Source of the DNA: Rickettsiales bacterium
Lineage (GTDB): Bacteria > Pseudomonadota > Alphaproteobacteria > Rickettsiales > UBA3002
DNA: 37,290 nucleotides
Direction: 5' to 3'
Assembly: GCA_044239745.1 (NCBI GenBank)
Contig: JBIIAV010000003.1
Location: 1 to 37,290, forward strand
The position numbers and the translations under genes are program-made. The first letter of the stretch is position 1, and each line of letters starts with the position of its first letter. A model generated the notes under the pieces. That model was not told where the DNA came from. It saw only the letters and a program-made list of their open reading frames with translations, and did no database searches. This document shows positions 24,839 through 33,742 of this stretch, piece by piece.

Positions 24839-25618
24839 TTACACAATAGCAACCATTGCGCAGAGCTGCCAAAAATAATCGACCGCCGCCGGCCACAGCA
24901 CGCACACCCACAACGATGCGGCAAGCGCCGGCCCGAACGGGAACATCTGGCCGCGCCCAAGCACCCGCCAGACCACGCCGAACGCAATACCGAGCACGCC
25001 GGCGAAGAACAGGAACGGCACGAAGCTGATGCTGCTGGCAAGCCAAACGCCTGCACCGCACAGCAGCTTCACATCGCCCATGCCCAGCCCATCTTTTTTG
25101 CGCAAATACATGAATCCGTATTTCAAGCTCAGGCCGATTGCGAGACCGATGATGGCAGCACTGGCCACCGCCATGGCGTCGGTGCCGAGCGCGACATGGT
25201 AAAGCACGCCAAACACCACCAGCGCGATCTGTACTTCATCGAGGATGATGTAGTGCTCGAGATCGGTAATGGTGATGGCAACGATGCACCACCACAACCC
25301 CGCCACGGCGAATGCCTCAAGGGTGAAGCCCAACATCGCCACTGCTGCAAGCGCACCGGCAGCACATGCCAGTTCCGTCAACGGATAGCGCACGCTGATG
25401 CGCGTTTTACAGTGGCGGCATTTCCCGCGCGCGACCACCCACGACAGGATGGGGAAAAGATCGCGCACGGTGAGCGTGGTGCCGCACGCGGGGCAGCGCG
25501 AACGCGACAGGCCAATGGGTTGTTCACGTGGCAACCGGTAGGTCACCAATGTCAGAAACGAGCCTATAGCAGCACCCAGCGCCGCCACCCATACCCATGC
25601 TATCACAAAATAGGTCAT
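24839..25618 (-). CDS. prepilin peptidase / N-methyltransferase, A24 family, PilD/GspO type
   Basis: The N-terminal Cys motifs are CPACGTTL...CRHCKTRISVRYPLTE. The two catalytic Asp contexts are ITDLEHYIILDEV and GLGMGDVKLL (GxGDxK). It has multiple TM helices. Confidence 0.9.
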   Translation of the reverse strand: MTYFVIAWVWVAALGAAIGSFLTLVTYRLPREQPIGLSRSRCPACGTTLTVRDLFPILSWVVARGKCRHCKTRISVRYPLTELACAAGALAAVAMLGFTLEAFAVAGLWWCIVAITITDLEHYIILDEVQIALVVFGVLYHVALGTDAMAVASAAIIGLAIGLSLKYGFMYLRKKDGLGMGDVKLLCGAGVWLASSISFVPFLFFAGVLGIAFGVVWRVLGRGQMFPFGPALAASLWVCVLWPAAVDYFWQLCAMVAIV

Positions 25619-25644
25619 AACAATCAGATGCTTGAGGTTCTATG

Positions 25645-25745
25645 TTGCCTTATCCACAGGTTCATGGCAAAAAGCCTCACCCTACTATATCTAGTAGGCA
25701 TCACGTTACCGCCAAGGTAGCGGATAAGGCAAGGGCATTATGCCC
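25645..25745. promoter_or_regulatory. divergent pilD/rpiB control region with nested inverted repeats and a consensus DnaA box
   Basis: ttgccttatcc (25645-25655) and ggataaggcaa (25722-25732) form a perfect 11-bp inverted repeat. The inner hairpin is cctacta (25681-25687) / tagtagg (25692-25698). A palindrome gggcat-t-atgccc lies at 25733-25745. TTATCCACA lies at 25650-25658. Confidence 0.5.
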
Positions 25746-25754
25746 ACATAAAAT

Positions 25755-26210
25755 ATGCATCGGGTAAGAATTCACGTGAGTACCATAATTGCCATCGCGA
25801 ATGACCATGCCGGCGTTGCACTGAAACAGGTGCTCATCGCCGAGATCGTCGCGCGCGGATTCACTCCGCTGGATCTGGGTACCAACAGCACCGATTCGGT
25901 CGACTATCCGGATTACGGCACGGCCGTTGCCCATGCCATCACCCACGGGCGGGCGCAGGTCGGCGTTGCCATCTGCGGCACCGGCATCGGTATCTCCATC
26001 GCGGCCAATCGCCATGCCGGCATTCGCGCGGCGCTGTGCAGCAACGGCTTGGCGGCCGAGCTTGCCCGCCAACACAACAATGCCAACGTGCTGTGCCTTG
26101 GTGCGCGCATGATCGGCGAAGCGCAGGCCATCGAATGCCTCCGTCGCTTCCTCACCACCACCTTCGAAGCCGGCGGCCGCCACACCAAACGCGTCGAAAA
26201 ATTAGGATAA
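25755..26210 (+). CDS. rpiB: ribose 5-phosphate isomerase B
   Basis: [44 protein letters not shown]. The start is either the ATG at 25755 or the GTG at 25776 ([13 protein letters not shown]). Confidence 0.93.
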   Translation: MHRVRIHVSTIIAIANDHAGVALKQVLIAEIVARGFTPLDLGTNSTDSVDYPDYGTAVAHAITHGRAQVGVAICGTGIGISIAANRHAGIRAALCSNGLAAELARQHNNANVLCLGARMIGEAQAIECLRRFLTTTFEAGGRHTKRVEKLG

Positions 26211-26242
26211 CCACTCTCGCCACCACTCAAGGAACTTTACCC

Positions 26243-27595
26243 ATGACCAACACCGCACGCAAACTCGAGGAACCCATGACCAACGCCTATTTCACCGCGC
26301 CGCTTTCCAGCACCGATGCCGATATTTTCAAGGCGATCACCAACGAGCTGGGTCGCCAGCAACATCAGGTGGAGCTGATCGCGTCCGAGAACATCGTGAG
26401 CAAGGCCGTGATGGATGCGCAAGGTTCGGTGTTCACCAACAAATATGCCGAGGGCTATCCGGGCAAGCGCTATTACGGCGGCTGCGAATTCGCCGACGTG
26501 GTGGAGCAACTGGCCATCGACCGCGCGAAAAAACTGTTCAACTGTAGCTTCGCCAACGTGCAGCCCAACAGCGGCAGCCAAGCCAACCAAGGCGTCTTCA
26601 ACGCGCTGCTGAAACCGGGCGACACCATCATGGGGCAATCGCTTGCGGCCGGCGGTCACCTCACCCACGGCGCACCGGTCAACCAATCGGGCAAATGGTT
26701 CAACGCCGTCACCTACGGCGTGCGCGAGGACACCCACCTGCTCGATTACGACGCAATCGAAAAGACCGCGATCGAATGCAAACCCAAACTCATCATCGCT
26801 GGTTTCTCGGCCTATCCGCGCGTCGTCGATTGGGCGCGCTTCCGTGCGATCGCCGATAAGGTCGGTGCGTATTTCATGGTCGACATGGCGCATATCGCGG
26901 GCCTCGTTGCCGGCGGTTCCTACCCCTCGCCATTGCCGCACGCGCACATCGTCACCACCACCACGCACAAAACACTGCGCGGGCCCCGTGGCGGCATGAT
27001 CCTTTCCAACTGCCCTGAATTAGTCGTCGGCAAAACGCCGATGGGCAAGGACCAAACCCTCGAGATGGCCATCAACTCGTCCATCTTCCCCGGCATCCAA
27101 GGCGGGCCGCTGATGCATGTCATCGCGGGCAAGGCCGTGGCCTACGGCGAAGCGTTGCAGCCGTCCTTCAAGCAATATGCGCAAGCGATCGTCGATAACG
27201 CCCGCGCGCTTGCTGCGGTGTTGAAAGCCCGCGGCCTCAATATCGTATCGGGCGGTACGGACAACCATCTCGTGCTCGTCGACCTGCGTCCGAAGAACCT
27301 CACCGGCAAAGCCGCCGAAGCAAGCTTGGAGCGCGCCGGCCTCACCTGCAACAAGAATGCCATTCCGTTCGATCCGGCGTCGCCGTTCGTCACCTCCGGT
27401 GTGCGTCTTGGCACCCCTGCGGGCACCACGCGCGGCTTCGGCAAAAAAGAGTTCGAGGAGATCGGTCAGCTGATTGGCGATGTACTCGACGGTCTGTCGA
27501 AAAATCCGGATGCGCCAGAAGCGAATGCTGCAGTCGAAGCTGCAACAAAAGCAAAAGTCCGCGCGCTGACGGATCGCTTCCCGATCTATTCGTAA
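26243..27595 (+). CDS. glyA: serine hydroxymethyltransferase
   Basis: [39 protein letters not shown] and [15 protein letters not shown] (PLP lysine). The ORF-track start at 26036 lies inside rpiB. The real start is the ATG at 26243 (or 26276). Confidence 0.96.
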   Translation: MTNTARKLEEPMTNAYFTAPLSSTDADIFKAITNELGRQQHQVELIASENIVSKAVMDAQGSVFTNKYAEGYPGKRYYGGCEFADVVEQLAIDRAKKLFNCSFANVQPNSGSQANQGVFNALLKPGDTIMGQSLAAGGHLTHGAPVNQSGKWFNAVTYGVREDTHLLDYDAIEKTAIECKPKLIIAGFSAYPRVVDWARFRAIADKVGAYFMVDMAHIAGLVAGGSYPSPLPHAHIVTTTTHKTLRGPRGGMILSNCPELVVGKTPMGKDQTLEMAINSSIFPGIQGGPLMHVIAGKAVAYGEALQPSFKQYAQAIVDNARALAAVLKARGLNIVSGGTDNHLVLVDLRPKNLTGKAAEASLERAGLTCNKNAIPFDPASPFVTSGVRLGTPAGTTRGFGKKEFEEIGQLIGDVLDGLSKNPDAPEANAAVEAATKAKVRALTDRFPIYS

Positions 27596-27603
27596 GAGGT
27601 ATT

Positions 27604-28047
27604 GTGCGCTGCCCGTTTTGCAATCACGAAGACACGCAAGTAAAGGATAGCCGACCCTCGGAGGACGGCTCTTCCATCCGTCGGCGGCGTTTCTGCCCGG
27701 CATGCAATTCGCGGTTCACCACGTTCGAACGGGTACAGTTGCGCGAGCTGACGGTCGTCAAATCCAATGGCGAGCGCCGCCTGTTCGACCGCGACAAGAT
27801 CGCACGGTCGATGGCGATCGCGCTACGCAAACGGCCGGTGGAAGCCGATGCCGTCGAGATGGCCATCAACCGCATCGTCCAGAAACTCGAATCCGAAGGC
27901 GAGAGCGATATCGCCACCCGCCGCATCGGTGCGCAGGTCATGGAAGAACTCAAGAAACTCGATGCTGTCGCCTATATCCGTTACGCTTCGGTGTATCGTG
28001 ATTTCGGCGAAGCGAAAGACTTCGAGAGCTTCGTCGAGAAGCTGTAA
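27604..28047 (+). CDS. nrdR: transcriptional repressor NrdR
   Basis: [44 protein letters not shown] is the zinc ribbon, followed by an ATP-cone. GTG start. Confidence 0.96.
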   Translation: MRCPFCNHEDTQVKDSRPSEDGSSIRRRRFCPACNSRFTTFERVQLRELTVVKSNGERRLFDRDKIARSMAIALRKRPVEADAVEMAINRIVQKLESEGESDIATRRIGAQVMEELKKLDAVAYIRYASVYRDFGEAKDFESFVEKL

Positions 28048-29138
28048 TGCGCGACGATCTGCACTTCCTCCTCCACGCGCACCGCATGGCGCAGCGCGGC
28101 TTAGGCCGCACATGGCCGAACCCAAGCGTGGGCTGTGTGCTGGTGAAGGATGGGCATGTGCTCGCCGCCGCCCGTACCGCCGATGGCGGCCGCCCGCATG
28201 CCGAAACCCGCGCCCTTGCCGTCGCCGGCGCCACGGCCCGCGGTGCTACCGCCTATGTCACGCTCGAACCCTGCGCCCATCACGGCCAAACGCCGCCATG
28301 CGCGCAGGCACTCATCGCTGCGGGCGTTGCCCGTGTCGTCATCGGCTGCGTCGACCCCGATGCACGCGTCAACGGCCAAGGCGCGGCCATGCTGCGTGCG
28401 GCCGGCATGGATGTAGCATTCTTAGATATGCCCGAGGCGGCTCGCCTCCATCGCGGCTTCTTCCGTCGTACCCACGACCACCTGCCCTATGTCGCGATGA
28501 AGCTTGCTACCTCGCTCGATAATTGCATCGCCGACCGCACCGGCACCAGCCAATGGATCACCAGCGCGCAAGCGCGCATCCATGGCCATCAACTGCGCGG
28601 TCAGCATGATGGCATCCTCACCGGCATCGGCACCGTGCTGGCGGACGACCCGCAACTCACCGTGCGGGCGCCCAACCCCGCCAACTCTCATCTCGTCCGC
28701 GTGGTGGCGGATCGTCATCTGCGGTTGCCCCTCACCAGCACCCTCGTCAAAACCGCCCGCACCCAACCGACATGGGTCATCACCGGTGTCGAGACGGTCG
28801 AGCACAACGCCAGCCACGCCACCGAGCTGCGCGAGGCCGGCGTGGTGCTGCATGCCGTGACCGACGGCGCCCTCGCCCCTGCCACCATCCTCACCACCCT
28901 TGCCGCGGCGGGCATCACCCGCGTCCTCGTCGAGGCGGGCGCCCAGCTTTCCACCGCGTTCGTGGCGGCCGGCATGGTCGAGACCCTGCATTGGTACCGC
29001 GCGCCCCTGCTGCTTGGAAACACTGGTAAACCGTCCCTCGCTGCGCTACATAGCACCCTGAAGGACGCCCACCGCCACGCCGTGATCGAAACGCGCAGGC
29101 TCGGCGTCGACACCTACGAACGGATCGAGCTGCACTGA
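28047..29138 (+). CDS. ribD: bifunctional riboflavin biosynthesis deaminase/reductase RibD
   Basis: The deaminase part shows NPSVGCVLV, HAE and TLEPCAHHGQTPPC. The C-terminal reductase domain includes PYVAMKLATSLD. Confidence 0.93.
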   Translation: MRDDLHFLLHAHRMAQRGLGRTWPNPSVGCVLVKDGHVLAAARTADGGRPHAETRALAVAGATARGATAYVTLEPCAHHGQTPPCAQALIAAGVARVVIGCVDPDARVNGQGAAMLRAAGMDVAFLDMPEAARLHRGFFRRTHDHLPYVAMKLATSLDNCIADRTGTSQWITSAQARIHGHQLRGQHDGILTGIGTVLADDPQLTVRAPNPANSHLVRVVADRHLRLPLTSTLVKTARTQPTWVITGVETVEHNASHATELREAGVVLHAVTDGALAPATILTTLAAAGITRVLVEAGAQLSTAFVAAGMVETLHWYRAPLLLGNTGKPSLAALHSTLKDAHRHAVIETRRLGVDTYERIELH

Positions 29139-29139
29139 T

Positions 29140-29760
29140 ATGTTTACGGGACTCATCAGAACCCAAGGCACCATCCGCCGCGTCGATCAGCGCGGCGACT
29201 GCATGATCACCATCGCGCTCGCTGAGCCGTTTGCCATCCAAGTCGGCGATTCCATCGCCTGTCATGGCATCTGCCTTACGGCCGTGAAGGTGAGCGACAA
29301 CGAATTCAAGGTCTCGCTCTCCGCCGAGACGATGAACCGCACCAGCGCCCGCGATTGGGTGGTCGGCACGCTAATCAACATCGAGCCATCGCTGGCGGTG
29401 GGCGACCATCTGGGCGGCCATTTCGTCTCCGGCCATGTCGATGGCGTGGTGCAGGTGGTGCGCAGCGAACCCAGCGGCGATTCCACCATCTGGGAATTCG
29501 AGGTGCCGCCGCATCTGGCGCGCTTCATCGCGCCCAAAGGCTCCGTCACGCTCGATGGCATCTCGCTCACCGTCAACGAGGTGTTCGACCGCATCGATAG
29601 CGCCACCGGCACACCCTTCACCACCTTCACCGTCAACATCATTCCCCATACTGCGAAGGTCACCAACTTCGGGCATCTGCGCGTCGGCGATGTCATGAAC
29701 CTCGAAGTCGATATGCTGGCGCGCTATGTCGCGCGGCTGGCTGATAAGCGAACCGCATGA
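29140..29760 (+). CDS. ribE: riboflavin synthase (alpha chain)
   Basis: MFTGLIRTQGTI... with the duplicated lumazine-binding repeat (GDSIACHGICLT / GSVTLDGISLTV). Confidence 0.94.
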   Translation: MFTGLIRTQGTIRRVDQRGDCMITIALAEPFAIQVGDSIACHGICLTAVKVSDNEFKVSLSAETMNRTSARDWVVGTLINIEPSLAVGDHLGGHFVSGHVDGVVQVVRSEPSGDSTIWEFEVPPHLARFIAPKGSVTLDGISLTVNEVFDRIDSATGTPFTTFTVNIIPHTAKVTNFGHLRVGDVMNLEVDMLARYVARLADKRTA

Positions 29761-30857
29761 GCACGCTTTCCCCCATCGAGGATATCATTGCCGAGGCCAA
29801 GGCAGGGCGCATGGTCATCCTCGTCGATGACGAAGACCGCGAGAACGAGGGCGACCTCGTGATCCCCGCACAATTCTGCGACGCTCAGGCCGTCAATTAC
29901 ATGGCCAAACATGCGCGCGGCCTCATCTGCCTCGCCCTCGAACAGGCGCAGGTCGAACGGCTTGGCCTGCCGCCGATGGCGCGGCACAACTCCTCGCGGC
30001 ATGCCACCGCCTTCACCGTCAGCATCGAAGCGCGCGTCGGCGTCACCACCGGCATCAGCGCTGCCGATCGCGCCCGCACCATCGCCGTGGCCATCGCGCC
30101 CGAAGCCCAAGCCCACGACATCGCCTCGCCGGGGCATATCTTCCCGCTGGAGGCGCGTGTCGGCGGGGTGCTTGTGCGCGCCGGCCACACCGAAGCCGCG
30201 GTTGATATCGCACGGTTGGCGGGGGTGAATCCGTCCGGCGTCATCTGCGAGATCATGAACGACGACGGCACCATGGCGCGGCTGCCGGACTTGCTGAAAT
30301 TCGCGCGCGAACATAACCTGAAGATCGGCACCATCGCCGATCTCATCGCCTATCGCCGCCGGTCGGAGAAGCTGGTCAGCCGCATCGTCGAAAGCAGCAT
30401 CAGCACCGGTTTTTCGGGCGATTGGCAATGCATCGCCTATGCCCAAAGCCCCAGCTATGCCGAGCATCTCGCGCTGGTCAAGAATCGTATCGACGCTACC
30501 AGCCCCACCCTTGTGCGCATGCATGCGCTCGATGTGCTGCACGATGTGCTGGGCGATACCTCCCACGGCAAGGCCAGCTTGCTGCACCAATCCATGCGCA
30601 TGATCGAGGCCGAAGGTTCCGGCGTGGTCGTGTTGCTGCGCGAACCACGCCGCACCGCCGCATCGGACGGGCTGAAGCTCCGCCGCGGCGAAGCGCCCGC
30701 CGCGCCCGTCCTGCGCGATTATGGCATCGGCGCTCAGATCCTGCTCGATCTGGGTGTACGTAACATGACCCTACTTACCAACAGTCCAAAAATGATTGTC
30801 GGTTTGGAGGGCTATGGTCTACACATCACCGGCCACCGACCCATCGAGACCTTATGA
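29757..30857 (+). CDS. ribB: 3,4-dihydroxy-2-butanone-4-phosphate synthase fused to a degenerate GTP cyclohydrolase II-like domain (RibBX type)
   Basis: The N-terminal RibB part shows [23 protein letters not shown] and [16 protein letters not shown]. The C-terminal half aligns to RibA ([16 protein letters not shown]...[13 protein letters not shown]...[14 protein letters not shown]) but lacks the Cys triad. Confidence 0.88.
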   Translation: MSTLSPIEDIIAEAKAGRMVILVDDEDRENEGDLVIPAQFCDAQAVNYMAKHARGLICLALEQAQVERLGLPPMARHNSSRHATAFTVSIEARVGVTTGISAADRARTIAVAIAPEAQAHDIASPGHIFPLEARVGGVLVRAGHTEAAVDIARLAGVNPSGVICEIMNDDGTMARLPDLLKFAREHNLKIGTIADLIAYRRRSEKLVSRIVESSISTGFSGDWQCIAYAQSPSYAEHLALVKNRIDATSPTLVRMHALDVLHDVLGDTSHGKASLLHQSMRMIEAEGSGVVVLLREPRRTAASDGLKLRRGEAPAAPVLRDYGIGAQILLDLGVRNMTLLTNSPKMIVGLEGYGLHITGHRPIETL

Positions 30858-31288
30858 AACCCATCCTACTTGTCGTCGCACCCTATTACCAGACCATCAG
30901 CGAGATGCTGATCTCGGGCGCAACGACCCACATCTATAACGCCGAGCACACCGCCGAGATGATCACCGTGCCGGGCGCACTCGAGATCCCTGCGGCCATC
31001 GCCATGGCTGCCAAAAGCGGCCGCTATGCCGGTTTCGTGGCGCTGGGCTGCGTCATCCGTGGCGAGACCACGCATTACGAGATCGTCAGCAACGAATCCG
31101 CGCGCGCGCTGCAACAGCTTGCCATCACCGAACATCTTGCCATCGGCAATGGCATTCTCACCTGCGAAACGATGGAACAGGCCACGGTGCGCGCCGACAC
31201 TACCCAAGGCAACAAAGGTGGCGAGGCAGCCGGTGCAGCATTGCGCATGCTGCAACTACGCCACGCATTCGGATTGGACAACGCATGA
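30854..31288 (+). CDS. ribH: 6,7-dimethyl-8-ribityllumazine synthase
   Basis: [15 protein letters not shown]...[26 protein letters not shown]. It sits between ribB and nusB. Confidence 0.92.
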   Translation: MKPILLVVAPYYQTISEMLISGATTHIYNAEHTAEMITVPGALEIPAAIAMAAKSGRYAGFVALGCVIRGETTHYEIVSNESARALQQLAITEHLAIGNGILTCETMEQATVRADTTQGNKGGEAAGAALRMLQLRHAFGLDNA

Positions 31289-31767
31289 ACGCTCCCCGAC
31301 TTTCCCTCCTACGCAAGCGCGCCTCGCGCCTTGCTGCCGTCCAGGCGATGTATTCCGAGGCGTTGATCGAGAAAACAACGCTGCCAGCACTGCTGGCCAA
31401 CCAATTGCTGCAATCCTGGGCGGATAGCCGCAGCAATGATACCGACGATCTGCCCCACAGCATCCAGCCGGAAGCGGCGCTGCTCAACAAGCTGATCGAG
31501 GCAGCGCAAACCCATCGCACCACCATCGATGCCGCGATCGACGCCATCATCCTCACCGGCTGGAGCCGCGCGCGCATGAGCTTGCCGCTGCTGTCGGTGC
31601 TGCAGGTCTGTGCCGCGGAAGCCATCGCCAGCCCCAGCCGCGACCGCGCCACTTTGGTCGACGAATACACCCAAGTCGCCGCCCAGCTGGTGACCGACGA
31701 AGAGCTCGATTACGCCCACAAAGCCTTCAACCTGCTGCTCGACAGCGTTCGCCCGCCTGCTGCCTGA
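31285..31767 (+). CDS. nusB: transcription antitermination factor NusB
   Basis: [17 protein letters not shown] opens the 160-aa helical protein. The ribH-nusB-thiL order is conserved. Confidence 0.88.
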   Translation: MNAPRLSLLRKRASRLAAVQAMYSEALIEKTTLPALLANQLLQSWADSRSNDTDDLPHSIQPEAALLNKLIEAAQTHRTTIDAAIDAIILTGWSRARMSLPLLSVLQVCAAEAIASPSRDRATLVDEYTQVAAQLVTDEELDYAHKAFNLLLDSVRPPAA

Positions 31768-31770
31768 GCC

Positions 31771-32721
31771 ATGGCCGAACGTGCGCGCATCGCCACGCTG
31801 TTTGCCCCGCTGAGCGCTTCGGAATCCGGCGCCTTTCACCTGACCGACGACGCCGCCGTACTCACTCCGCCGCAGGGCATGGCGCTTGTCATCACCACCG
31901 ATAGCGTCATCGAATCCGTCCATGTGCTTGGCGACGCGACCCCCGCACAATTCGCCCAAAAGCTGGTGCGGCGTAACCTTTCGGATCTTGCGGCCATGGG
32001 CGCTGCGCCATGGCGCTACAGCCTCAACCTGCACACGCCCGTCGGCCTTGCCGAGGATTGGTTCGCCGCATTTGCTGCAACATTGGCGCGCGAACAAACG
32101 CATTTCGACATGGTACTCGTCGGCGGTGATTCCACTTCCGGCGGTGCGCTCATCCACACCGGCATGACCTGCTACGGCCTTCTTGCCCACGCCCCATTGC
32201 GGCGCAACGGTGCGCATATCGGCGACGATCTCTATGTCAGTGGCAGCATTGGCGATGCCGCCCTAGCGCTGCGTTTATTGCAACATCACCAACCGATCGA
32301 TGATGCGCTGGCCGCACGCTACCATGCCCCCACCCCGCGGCTAGAGCTGGGTAAAATGCTGCACGGCCACGCGACCGCGGCGATCGATATATCCGACGGG
32401 CTACTGGCCGATATCGGCCAGCTTTGCGCTGCCAGTCACTGCGGTGCCGATATCGATTACGCGGTGTTGCCGCTGTCGCAACATCTGGCGAACGCAGCAC
32501 TCGACGCGGCGAGCGTAGCCGCCCTCGCGCTTAGCGGCGGCGATGATTACGAGCTATGCTTCACCGCGCCGGTCAGCGCGCGTTCTGCCATCGCAGGTAT
32601 CGCGACACAGCTCGCCCTGCCGCTGACGCGCATCGGCTGCATCACCGCAGGCGGCATTCGGGTGTTGGATGCTTCGGGTGCGGCCATGGCCGTGCAACGC
32701 ACGGGTTGGGAACACCGCTAG
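31771..32721 (+). CDS. thiL: thiamine-monophosphate kinase
   Basis: LTDDAAVL, VITTDSVIESVH, RRNLSDLAAMGA, VGGDST, DISDGLLADIGQLC (AIR synthase-like fold). Confidence 0.9.
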   Translation: MAERARIATLFAPLSASESGAFHLTDDAAVLTPPQGMALVITTDSVIESVHVLGDATPAQFAQKLVRRNLSDLAAMGAAPWRYSLNLHTPVGLAEDWFAAFAATLAREQTHFDMVLVGGDSTSGGALIHTGMTCYGLLAHAPLRRNGAHIGDDLYVSGSIGDAALALRLLQHHQPIDDALAARYHAPTPRLELGKMLHGHATAAIDISDGLLADIGQLCAASHCGADIDYAVLPLSQHLANAALDAASVAALALSGGDDYELCFTAPVSARSAIAGIATQLALPLTRIGCITAGGIRVLDASGAAMAVQRTGWEHR

Positions 32722-33188
32722 CGGCCCATGTTGCGGTCGCTTAAGCCACGGCTGGGGGCGTTGAAGCGCCCCATATTGCCAAGCAATTGCTCGATGAAGG
32801 TGATGGTGTGGCCTTCGGTCGGCGTTTTTTTGCTGACCATTTGCACCGACTTGCCTTCCTCCTTGGTGAAGCTATCGACATGGCTCACCTGCTTTTGGGC
32901 ATCAAAGGTGATGGCGGTGACATATTGTTCCGTCACCTCCGGCGCGAAGAAGCCGACCCGTTCCTTCTTCTGGGTGACATAATACCACACTTCGTCGCCG
33001 AAGTTGGAGGTAGTCGTGGGGCTGCCGAGCAAGGCCTTCACGTCCTCGGCGTTGGTCTGGCCAACGACGATCTGCTGCAGATCCTCCGACTCGCGGTTAT
33101 AGCCGCGCGTATCGACGATCGGCGAGCAGCTTGCCAGCATCAGGGCAATGCTGATAGGAAACAACCAACGCGACAACATGGGGGTCAT
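32718..33188 (-). CDS. bamE: outer membrane protein assembly factor BamE (SmpA/OmlA lipoprotein)
   Basis: Lipobox LMLASC, then RGYNRESEDLQQIVVGQTNAEDVKALLGSPT...FGDEVWYYV, typical of alphaproteobacterial BamE. It has a C-terminal extension. Confidence 0.85.
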   Translation of the reverse strand: MTPMLSRWLFPISIALMLASCSPIVDTRGYNRESEDLQQIVVGQTNAEDVKALLGSPTTTSNFGDEVWYYVTQKKERVGFFAPEVTEQYVTAITFDAQKQVSHVDSFTKEEGKSVQMVSKKTPTEGHTITFIEQLLGNMGRFNAPSRGLSDRNMGR

Positions 33189-33190
33189 AG

Positions 33191-33742
33191 ATGTTCGGTG
33201 CTCTTCGTAAATGGTTCATTCCACGGCCGCCCGCGACGGTCGAGAACACCTATATAGCACTGGTGGCGGCCGCACGAAATCCCTTTTTCTTCACCGCGCT
33301 TGGCGTGCCCGATAGCATCGATGGCCGCTTCGGCCTCATTGTCGTGCATTTGTTCTTGTTGCAGCATCGCCTTGTGGAAGGCAACGTGCCCGCACATCAG
33401 CAGTTCGCGCGCTTCCTCAGCGAAGCCTTCTTCAACGATATGGATGATTCGCTGCGCGAGCTGGGCGTCGCCGATACCGGCGTCAGCCACCGCATCAAGA
33501 AAATGGGCAAGGCCTATCATGGCAGTCTGCAGGCCTATACCGCCGGCCTGAGCGACCGTCAGGCCATGCGCGCGGCATTGGCACGCAACCTTTATGGCAC
33601 CGTTACCGAAGGCGATGTCGCCGCACTCGACCGCATGGCGCATTACATCGAGACCATGCATACCAGCCTGCACAATGTCGATATCTCGGTGATCCTCGCC
33701 GGCAGCTATGCGTGGCCGGACGCAGCGTCGCTCGCGGTATAG
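33191..33742 (+). CDS. ubiquinol-cytochrome c chaperone family protein (Cbp3-like)
   Basis: NTYIALVAAARNPFFFTALGVPDSIDGRFGLIVVHLFLLQHRL...FFNDMDDSLRELGVADTGVSHRIKKMGKAYHGSLQAY matches this family. It is divergent from bamE, as in many alphaproteobacteria. Confidence 0.8.
   Translation: MFGALRKWFIPRPPATVENTYIALVAAARNPFFFTALGVPDSIDGRFGLIVVHLFLLQHRLVEGNVPAHQQFARFLSEAFFNDMDDSLRELGVADTGVSHRIKKMGKAYHGSLQAYTAGLSDRQAMRAALARNLYGTVTEGDVAALDRMAHYIETMHTSLHNVDISVILAGSYAWPDAASLAV

Noticed and set aside
24741-24841. An 8-bp inverted repeat (taacgctt / aagcgtta) bracketing the pilD-secretin spacer.
   Set aside because: It is too short and too widely spaced (85 nt) to distinguish from chance. One arm overlaps the pilD stop codon.
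26036-26242. Long N-terminal extensions in the ORF track. They affect glyA from 26036, rnpA to 18563, rpmH to 18811, panE to 34869, the SCO gene from 35476, proA from 4345 and ctpA from 10123.
   Set aside because: The extensions overlap upstream genes or precede signal peptides and conserved N-termini. Internal ATGs give proteins of canonical length.
27596-28047. I expected an FMN (RFN) riboswitch ahead of the riboflavin genes.
   Set aside because: The rib genes follow glyA and nrdR with gaps of 8 nt or less, so there is no room for an element of about 150 nt. This appears to be the constitutive nrdR-ribD... operon type.
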